Of a stretch of 64,000 nucleotides of DNA, positions 54,700-64,000 are shown piece by piece; position 1 is the first letter of the stretch; the number at the start of each line of letters is the position of its first letter. Source of the stretch: Eledone cirrhosa. Taxonomy: Eukaryota. The notes under the pieces were generated by a model, which searched no databases, was not told the DNA's origin, and saw only the letters and a list, made by a program, of their open reading frames with translations. The translations under genes were made by a program, and so were the position numbers. The stretch is taken from contig OZ024742.1 of NCBI GenBank assembly GCA_964016885.1, forward strand, positions 309,008,001 to 309,072,000. Reading direction: 5' to 3'.

Positions 54700-54910
54700 A
54701 AGTGTAGTGTTGGCAAGTTTCCGGAAGCATGGAAGTTTTGAAGGATGCAGTGTCCCGACAGTTCAAAACTGGTGCAGGTAGTTTGTTCCATGCTTCAGCA
54801 ACTCTGAACGTGAAAAAATGTTTCCGAAAGTCATGGGAGCTGTAACATTTTTTGATTTTGTAAGCATGCCCACTGGTGTTAGACACATGGAATTCAAACA
54901 TATCAGACAC
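54700..54910 (-). mobile_element. CR1-group LINE 3' fragment
   Basis: GHAYKI…RKHFFTFRVAEAWNKLP, typical of CR1/L2 ORF2 C-termini. Confidence 0.7.
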
Positions 54911-55305
54911 GAGTCAATGAGGAAGACTACGTGCTCATTCGACTGCTAGAAATAGCAACCAAATCTCCTCAAATGACAATGAAGATGGAGGATAATGAAA
55001 TCTAAGATACATTATTCCTGAAAATAAAATCAGAGAGGATAGTCATGGTTGTAACACATTTGATCATAAGTCTGTTCGTGTAGGACCAACCTCGGTATAA
55101 ACATCAACAACAAAACATCTAATATCATTTTTTTTCTCTACAGTTCTCTTCTTTGCTAATTCTGTAAGGAATATTACTCGATTCCTTAAAGTGATTGATT
55201 GATCGATTGTGTGGAAATCTGACAAACATGATTATAGAATTTGTTTATCAGTCTTTCACTGATTTAGTACTTGGGCAAATAGCAACTATATGATATACAT
55301 ATATA

Positions 55306-55690
55306 CTCTCGGGTCTTGAATATCGCCCTAATAATCGCCCCTTCCCCACACTTATTAATTTTTCAGATTTTTTTCCAAGCACCCCGCTCCTCGCTTATTA
55401 AATTTTGCTAATCTATCTCCTGCAAAATTTTATTTTAAGTCGTAGCATTTCTGCGATAATTAATTTTGTTTGGGCATTGAAAACATTATACATGACAACA
55501 TAGAACATTACAAGAAATTCCATACGTTATAAAATAAATAGAATGGGTTGGTGTTTCAATGTGTAAACTAACAGATTAATTCTGTTTCTTAAAGAATTCA
55601 AGGGAGATAACCTCGAAAAATAGCCGATTTTTTTTTTCAAACCCTCCTCCCCGCTCATTTCAACTCACCCTATTATTTTGGGCCCGAGAG
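55306..55690. mobile_element. TA-flanked MITE
   Basis: TA|ctctcggg…cccgagag|TA terminal inverted repeats. Confidence 0.6.
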
Positions 55691-55866
55691 TATATCAGTA
55701 TACAAGAGCAATAACTCTTCCATACTGATTATCTCTCTTTGGTTATCAACTGTAGATATGATAGCGGAGCGAACTTATTTCGCTCACGCCTGTATCCGTA
55801 CACATTTACAGGAACGGGTTCATCTACCACTGCTACTACAACTACTACAACTACTGCTGCTGCTGT

Positions 55867-55902
<36 letters not shown>

Positions 55903-55914
55903 AGAATGTTACTT

Positions 55915-56060
55915 AAGAGAGTTGAGGATATTCTGTACAATGAACTTGGCATGACGAAAGTTTCTGCTCAGTGGGTGCCACGTCTTCTGAGATCTGATCA
56001 AAATTGCACCAGGCTGATCACATCAAAAGAAAATCTGAGATTGTTAGAGGCAAATCCAGT
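55915..56060 (+). pseudogene. Mariner transposase fragment
   Basis: ILYNELGMTKVSAQWVPRLL (WVPxxL motif). Confidence 0.75.
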
Positions 56061-56928
56061 TTTACAGAGCATACTGAGTGCTTTTTATCATGGTTACAGC
56101 ACTATCACTTTACAACGTCTACTGACATATCCAATGTCATCCCAGATCATATGAGCAGAATGGTGCAGTGAGTATGAAGGGAGAGTTAGAGTAAAGGAGT
56201 TTTAAGGAGATCAAATAGATAGAAAACAGGTGGAAACAATAGGTCGAAGGTAGGTGGGAGATATATTGGAAGGTAGGTTGGCTGGTAAGAGAAGCAGAGG
56301 CTGGCACCTCACTGGGATTTGAACTCAGAGAGCAGAGAGCTGGAACGAATACCATAAAGCATTCTATCCGACATTCTAATGACTCTGCCAATTTGTCGCC
56401 TATTTATACATACATACATACATACGTACATACATATATACTTTGTATGTATATATATATATTATATATGTACATTTAGAAACACACAGATACATGCGGA
56501 CACACACATATATACATGAATGCATCCGCACCCAACTGTGAGTTAAGGGTGCCAACTTCACCGATGTTGCTCAATGAATGACTGGGACAGACCAATTCAG
56601 TTTGAACCAGACTGAACCAGTATCAGAGTTAAAAATACATTATGAAGAGAGAAGAAACATTTAGATATAATTAGTAATAAAATGTATCATCTTTGAAGTG
56701 TGGGGACAACTGGAAAGCTTCCATTACTCATACTTCTCGCCTTCTTCACTACCTCTTCTACGGCCTCGATATGAATACCCCCTCCGCCTCCGTGGTATTT
56801 TTTTCGTGGTTATAAGAGGCTTAGCTCTGTTTCTCGACCGTTATATCGCGTGACTATCTCCCCCTCCGCCTTTTGGGATTCTTTCTCACGTCGTGTAGAC
56901 GCGTTCTTGAGACTAGTAAAATGAGGTA

Positions 56929-57016
56929 TCCTCTTGATAAGTCGGCAGACCTCGCAAGGACTCTATATCTTTGATATATTGTTTTTGTTTATGCCACGAA
57001 ACTACGTAGTCGAGGA
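56929..57016 (+). ncRNA. Hammerhead ribozyme, U3-A8 core variant (copy 1)
   Basis: Stem I tcctc/gagga; TTGATAA; stem II gt(c)ggca/tgccac; GAAA-CT-ACGT-AG-TC; predicted cut after C57011. Confidence 0.8.
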
Positions 57017-57519
57017 ATTTAGGAACAGTTTAGGTATGATACATTTTATTACTAATTATATCTAAATGTTTCTTCTCTCTTCATAATGTATTTTTAACTC
57101 TGATACTGGTTCAGTCTGGTTCAAACTGAATTGGTCTGTCCCAGTCATTCATTGAGCAACATCGGTGAAGTTGGCACCCTTAACTCACAGTTGGGTGCGG
57201 ATGCATTCATGTATATATGTGTGTGTCCGCATGTATCTGTGTGTTTCTAAATGTATTAATAACTCCCTCTGGTCGAGCAATCTTTGAAGTGTGGGGACAA
57301 CTGGAAAGCTTCCATTACTCATACTTCTCGCCTTCTTCACTACCTCTTCTACGGCCTCGATATGAATACCCCCTCCGCCTCCGTGGTATTTTTTTCGTGG
57401 TTATAAGAGGCTTAGCTCTGTTTCTCGACCGTTATATCGCGTGACTATCTCCCCCTCCGCCTTTTGGGATTCTTTCTCACGTCGTGTAGACGCGTTCTTG
57501 AGACTAGTAAAATGAGGTA

Positions 57520-57607
57520 TCCTCTTGATAAGTCGGCAGACCTCGCAAGGACTCTATATCTTTGATATATTGTTTTTGTTTATGCCACGAAACTACGTAG
57601 TCGAGGA
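57520..57607 (+). ncRNA. Hammerhead ribozyme, U3-A8 core variant (copy 2)
   Basis: Identical to copy 1; predicted cut after C57602. Confidence 0.8.
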
Positions 57608-58084
57608 ATTTAGGAACAGTTTAGGTATGATACATTTTATTACTAATTATATCTAAATGTTTCTTCTCTCTTCATAATGTATTATATATGTATATATATA
57701 TTATACATTAAAATCTAAGAAAAATGCTTCGTGTAAAGCTGTAAAGATTCAATCCATCAATTAGTCACTCAGGAATCTATTCAAATAATCAATAAATAAG
57801 TGTTGTGATGTAAAGGTGTATTGATATATTCACATTAACACACGCACACACACACACACACAACTCATTACACACTAATTAATTAGCAGCATAAAAGGAC
57901 AACTCTCAATTATCTTAATTAGTTCATCTTCTTAGTGGCAACTTTAGTGACATGTATATCTTCAAAGGTGTGTTGTTGTTTTTTACTGGTCATTAGTTAT
58001 ACATCACTGTTTGCATCAACAGAATTGAACTTAAGTTTTGCTTCCAACCCTTTTGTGACTGTATTTTTAATTAAGTATTTTCTA

Positions 58085-58545
58085 TCATAATATAATAAAG
58101 GGAGGAATACGGGACTGTGTCCTGAATATATTTTTTTATCCCATTAGTAAAATAAGTTAGATTCATTTGTTTAAAAATTTTCAAATATCCACACTTCCGG
58201 TTAGCGTCCATTATAACATATTTATTACATCGCTTATGTAAATGTTCATATATTTGCATCGTTATATAAGGTTTATATTTCGATTGCTAATTTTATCCAT
58301 TTTCGTTTTCATTACATTTCACTGTAATACAGTTTATATATATCATCTTTTTTAAATGTATCATGGATTACTTTACTGATTACAGGAGAGAGGGTAACAC
58401 AGTCTCTCTTCAATTTCGGTGCATATTGTCAATTACAATTTTATTTGACATATCATATCTACATGCATGTATATTTGCATATAATATCAATATGCACACT
58501 ACACATGGTAGCAATAAACCACCCAAAGTTTGGTTTTTCTGCTAG
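58085..58545 (+). mobile_element. Non-autonomous Helitron, diverged copy
   Basis: Colinear with 47543-48028; ends in a hairpin plus CTAG|T. Confidence 0.65.
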
Positions 58546-60321
58546 TTTCAATTAATTGATGAGGAATTTTGAAGGGTTTACTAAAATTATTAATTATTTC
58601 ATCAGTAAGATAATAACTTAACATATGGTTCTTATATAAAAATAATGTTGGAAGATTCTCATTTAACTAGGAAGCATCTAAAATGAGTATTTTTGTTTCA
58701 TAGGACCAGAGCTGATTTTGGCTGGGTTCATATTAAAAATATTTAAAATATATAAGAGCATCCAGCTGTAGAAACCTAGCCAGAAATAGTTCTATATGAG
58801 CAAGACACAGTCACCTGGCCCAACTTGCCTCTAATGGGACAACCTTGCTAGTGTGGAAAATGGACATTAAACGATGATGATAATGATGATGATGATTATG
58901 AAAAGGACAGGTTTTATATAAATTCTTTAAAAACTTATTTTTCATCAATAAATTATAAATTGTTATATAATTCTTAAAATTCATCTTCAAGGCCTAGAAA
59001 AATTTCCAAAGAAATGTATCCTGTGGCTGATAACTTAGTAATGTTATGTTAAACTTATGTAGTGTAAATAAAAAGAGATTATAATTTTTGTAGTTTTAGC
59101 TTTCGGATTTTTCTCACATTTAAGTTTGCACATATTTGCTACAAGGTCATTGCTGCTACCCTTCCTCATGAATTAAACCCAAAAATAAAATCATTTGGCT
59201 GTTATTTTTAGCAGGTTGAACCACCACATAGAAGTTCCTTTGGTGCTGACATTTATTCCAATTATAAACAATGAATAAATGAATAAAATAATAAATTATT
59301 TAAAAACTTCAAGTTGAAAACATAATTGATATGAGATTCAACTTCTCTTTAATATGAACAAGATTACTTGTCATTTGGTAACTATAGAAACAGCAGCTAC
59401 TGGTGTCCAAGCAATTTTGTGAAACACGTCATAATTTTCTTGATACCAACATTCTGTAATAGTAAAAACTAAATCCAAACTCTGATACTATTTAACCCGT
59501 TTGATACAAACCTGCCCAAATCTGCCATTGTTTCTATGTAATAAAACTACCCTTTTTAACGGGCTTCTGTTTGTTGCAACGAGTGTCACTGGCCATTGTC
59601 TGTGGGAATGCTTTTGTGGTCTTGTCTGCGGGGTGCAGCCTCAATACCACCACGCCCTAGGCCCAGAGCCTATCACTATCTCTCTTCCACCTCCCCATTC
59701 GTCTATGACACAAGAGCCTTTGCTTCTCCCTTCCTTCTCCGTTTTCATAACCACAACAGACACTTGAATATTCTATGTAACTCTACTTTGTGTAGTAAGC
59801 ACTGTTTTTATTTACATATATTTATATTTCAGGTATGCAATCCAGGCAGTATCCTCACAGAAAGTTGTCCTATTCTTGATCTAACATATTTAGATCCAAC
59901 TTCACCAATAATAAATATTTTCTTCTCAATTTGATATAAAAACCTTTTATTAGGTTATGTTGCAAACACCATCTTGATAATCAAACAATTAATAATTTTA
60001 GTAAATCCCTTCAAATTCTTTGTTAGTTAATTGAAATACAGTGTATTTCATTAGAAATTTCTTAATGAAAGAGTTACTGGCTTTCAATATTGTTTCCTTT
60101 ACAAAATTCAAAACTTTTAGGAAAAGTTGAAAATTTACTTTTGATTAGGATTCTGCAAGTTATCGAAATCTCAATCACTCTCCGGTAGGTTTGTGGTCGG
60201 GAGATGAAGGTGGTGCATACCAGATATATGCTTCAGCCTGTGCCCATGGAATGTATATGGGAGGGGGGTGGGGGTGAATACCATATGTATGCTTCAGTCT
60301 GTACTCATGAGAAAGTGGGTC

Positions 60322-60369
<48 letters not shown>

Positions 60370-62279
60370 TTATGTGTATATATAATTTTAAAAAGTTGGA
60401 CGATGACAACAGAAAAATGGACGAAACACAGGACAGTCCCTTCTCATCAGTCAAGCTCTGGAGATCCATATGATTTCAGTGCATTAAGATTTATATCACT
60501 AACTCCAGTGCACATAGGACAACAACAAATGGGAACTAGACAAGACGATTGGTCTTCCAACTATTAAAAAATAAAATAAAATTTACTACAAACCAATGTG
60601 TTGCAACTGAAAAGAAGAGATGGAAACAAGGCCCAGAATATTAGCTGAGAGACATATTATGCACAGAATGCAAAGTGGAAGAGACAGTTTGGACATTAAT
60701 CCTAAATAGACAACAGATACAATATATAGTTACACTTTGACTGTTAGCAAGAAAATTGGATAGAAAACAGCATAAATTAAAGAGAGTATGATAGGAGGAA
60801 GAAAAAATGATAGAAGAAGGAGTACCGGAAGAGAGAGAGTAATGTATGTGTGTATGTGAGAGTGAGAGAGAGAGGGGGAGAGTGAAGAGGGGATGAGGAT
60901 GATTGGTGTTAACAATCAACATTAGAGGAAAGAGTAATGTGAGACCTAGTGATGAAATAGCTGGTGTTAAAAGAATGAGAAAGAGTGATATCAATAATGA
61001 ATGATATGAGAGTGATGACCAGCAATAAATGGATGATGGGGGGGGGGGGTTAAATAAGGACAGATCCAATGAGATGCCGTCCCATCATACATATGTGATG
61101 TGGGACAGATAGGGTGATAAGAGGAAGGTCAACTGATGGGGCAGAGATGCATGAAGACTTAATAGAAATGTAACGGTTGGGGAGAAGACAAATATAGAAT
61201 ATCATACATCTGAATCAGCACCACCACAACCACCATCACTCCTATTACCACCAGCACCACCACACAGCTATAACCACCACCACCACCACCAGCATAATTA
61301 CCACAACCAGCACCATCACCCCCTTCACCACCATTAATTTTATATCTGTTTTCCATGCTAGCATGTGTTAGGTATGTCCTCTCCATTAAAGAACTTCAGT
61401 ATAAGACATGGACCTTAGTGACCCAGTTACACCTCAGGCATGTCCATAGTTTACAATAGACACATCATATGGAATTCCTATTAACTTCTTTTCTACATAT
61501 TAAGCCAGGACACTTTGCCCTAGAGCAGTAGCAACCGGTTTTCTTTCCTGATTTAGTCTTTGCTAAATTTACTGTGTGTGTGTATATGTCTATATATGTA
61601 TATACATATATCATCATATCATTTAACGTCTATTTTCCATGCTAGCTTGGGTTAGATGGGTTGCCCTGATGTGAGATAAGCCAGGTCCGATGACCATGAC
61701 TTGCTCATACAGGACTGGTTTCTAGAGTGTCTATTGCTGTACAATTTCTAATTCTAAAGCCTGCTACCTTCATCTCTCTTTTAAACAACTTGCTGAAAAA
61801 AAAAATGCTAAATAAATTAAATAAACTCCTAGCTGGAATCTTTGGTAAAACTACCAAATCATGAAGATGATAGATATCATGGAAGGAGACTGGGATAAGT
61901 AACTGATAACTACATGAGAAGAGTTTGTAAAAAGGTATGGTCTTGCAATTTGATGAAGAAATAGTGCCAGCAGTCATCAGTAACATTGTTGAGATAGCGA
62001 ATGAAAGGAGAATGTAAAATGTCAATGTGAAAGATTTGAAGGAGTTAATTGCGTCTCATGGTGAATTTTAGCTATTGAAGAACTGCTGGTATCTCTACTT
62101 ATGTTATAGTGTATAGTGCTATTTCATTTAACTCTTCACTTTTAGGAATATAGCTAGAGTGCTAACCAAGGTCTTACTGATTATATATATATATCATAGT
62201 TTTTTCACCTGCTTTTCCATGCTGCCATGGGTTGTAAAAGACACAAACACACACACATATATATACTATATAGATAGAT

Positions 62280-62327
<48 letters not shown>

Positions 62328-63119
62328 GAGAAAGTAAAGAGAAAGGACGGGAATATGATATTTACTGTCTGAGAATGATACTCCAAGAATCATTAGATTA
62401 AAAAGAATTAGAGTTGATAAACTGACACAAACATATCTGAGACTTGAAATGAGGCAGTTAACATCAGAGAACTGTAGTTTTAAAAGAATCAGAGATGATA
62501 TATATATATACTGACATATCCAGACCTATCAACTCTCTCGTTCAATAGGGATATCTCCTTCCCACTTTGGGGTGGGTGAAGGATGTCTTCTCTTGTAAAA
62601 TCTCACCATTTTGCCTCATTTCTCCCTGTTTTGTGGCACTTTTTTCATGGTTTGGGTTTTTAGAGGTTGGCAAATCTGAGACTTGTATATCTGAGACTTG
62701 AAACAAAGTAGTTAACATCGGAGAACTATAGTTTAAAAAGAATCAGAGATGATAAACACATACTAACATATTTTAGACTTGAAACAAAACAAATACAAAA
62801 GAGAAGTGTAATCATAGCTACCCACTCAACCTACATTGAATTCCCAAGAAATATCTTGTGCTGAAAGTATTGTAATGATCAATGATGAAAAGACTAGTTA
62901 ACTGTTGCTATGATAACTGACTGGCCAGATGGGTTTGTCTTCTTACAATATGTTGTTATATAGTAAAATTGATATTATGGGGACAAAGTACTTTTATTGC
63001 CAATCTTGCCCCACCACCACCTCCATTAAGTAACTTATGAAGACAGATGACACTATTCTATTAACAATTATTCCATATGAGTAAATACATATTGCTAAGT
63101 GTATTTACTTGAATTTTTC

Positions 63120-63290
63120 CCATGAGTTGGTATTGGAGTGGCTGGTATCCAACTTTTATTTTAGTGACCTCAGAGGGACGAAAGGCGAGATTGACTTCTG
63201 TAGGGTTTAAACTCAGAATGTAAAAAACTGGAAAATCAGTTCATGGCATTTTGTCAGAAGTCCTAATGAATCTGTTGATTCACTCCTACC
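63120..63290 (-). mobile_element. Old SINE family A copy
   Basis: Diverged match to ttttat…gacc..a.aggga.gaaaggc…ttaaactcagaatg. Confidence 0.5.
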
Positions 63291-64000
63291 AACCCAGGAA
63301 GCAATCATGGCATCAACAATGACCACTACCACTACCTCCCACCATGACAAATTCACAAGTGAGAGTATCAATTTGGAGCAGTAACACATTCTTTCATGTG
63401 TTTTCAAAGCATTTTGAAAATAATAAAGAATGTTAAGTGGTTTAGTAAAATAACTAGCCTTCGCCTTTATTAATCCTTTACCATTTACATTACTCTATAT
63501 ACACTATTGTATTTTTATGGTAAACACTTTACCTCACATAATATCGAATCTATGAGATTTTGATATTATTTATTAAAGAATTTGACCACCCTCTTTCTGT
63601 AGACCTAACAACATGCTAACCTACAACAGAAATTCTATGAAAGATTAATTGTTGTTGTATAGAGCACTAAAACAGCTCTTGTACAGCAGACTTATGCCAT
63701 GTAGCTACCTAAGTACTTAGATGCTGTGTAGAGTACCAAAACAGCCCTGATTCAGTAGTGGCTGTGCACATGCCAAAAAGGGGTTGAAAGGATTATTCAG
63801 TTGTTTCAATAGCATGGCAAACTCTCCAGTGTTGGTGACATGATAAAATACACCCAATATACCCTATAAAGGGGTTAGTGATAGGAAGGGCACAATAAAA
63901 TACACTGTGTACACTGTAAAGTGTTGGAATGTTTGTGAGAATATCTGAGAGATCATTGGTTTGAATTAAGTAGTGATATGCTGCGACAACACATCCAACC

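Larger units (their letters stand above)
56471..57683 (+). mobile_element. Retrozyme-like / non-autonomous PLE: 591-bp tandem unit with inverted 5' segment
   Basis: 56689-57092 equals 57280-57683 (period 591). 56471-56690 is the reverse complement of 57036-57255. TA-rich flanks. Confidence 0.85.

Noticed and set aside
57217-57444. 75-aa ORF inside the 591-bp unit
   Set aside because: It starts in a GT-rich repeat and has no recognisable motif, so there is no support for coding.

Overview
This is a 64 kb, AT-rich, repeat-saturated stretch of an animal genome. The SINE families and microsatellite load suggest a mollusc, probably an octopod cephalopod (inference only). I found no credible host protein-coding exon, and nearly all short ORFs in the track are translations of microsatellites. 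Recognisable coding material is all transposon-derived: three Penelope-like elements (PLEs; RT and/or GIY-YIG), two R4/Dong-like RLE LINE copies in (CATA)n, a near full-length CR1/L2-group LINE with a polyQ/CCCH ORF1, and L1/Tx1, RTE and mariner fragments. There are also non-autonomous Helitrons, TA-flanked MITEs and many tRNA-derived SINEs. The most notable signal is non-coding: about a dozen sequence-unrelated modules, mostly embedded in (TA)n tracts and often palindromic or tandemly repeated, carry type I hammerhead ribozyme (HHR) folds with short palindromic stem III. Several have non-canonical cores (U3-A8 swap, U6). The clearest is at 56471-57683: a 591-bp tandem unit with two identical HHRs plus a 220-bp inverted 5' segment, i.e. 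a retrozyme-like or non-autonomous PLE that could release a 591-nt (circularisable) RNA. All ribozyme folds were read by eye and none has been computed or tested.
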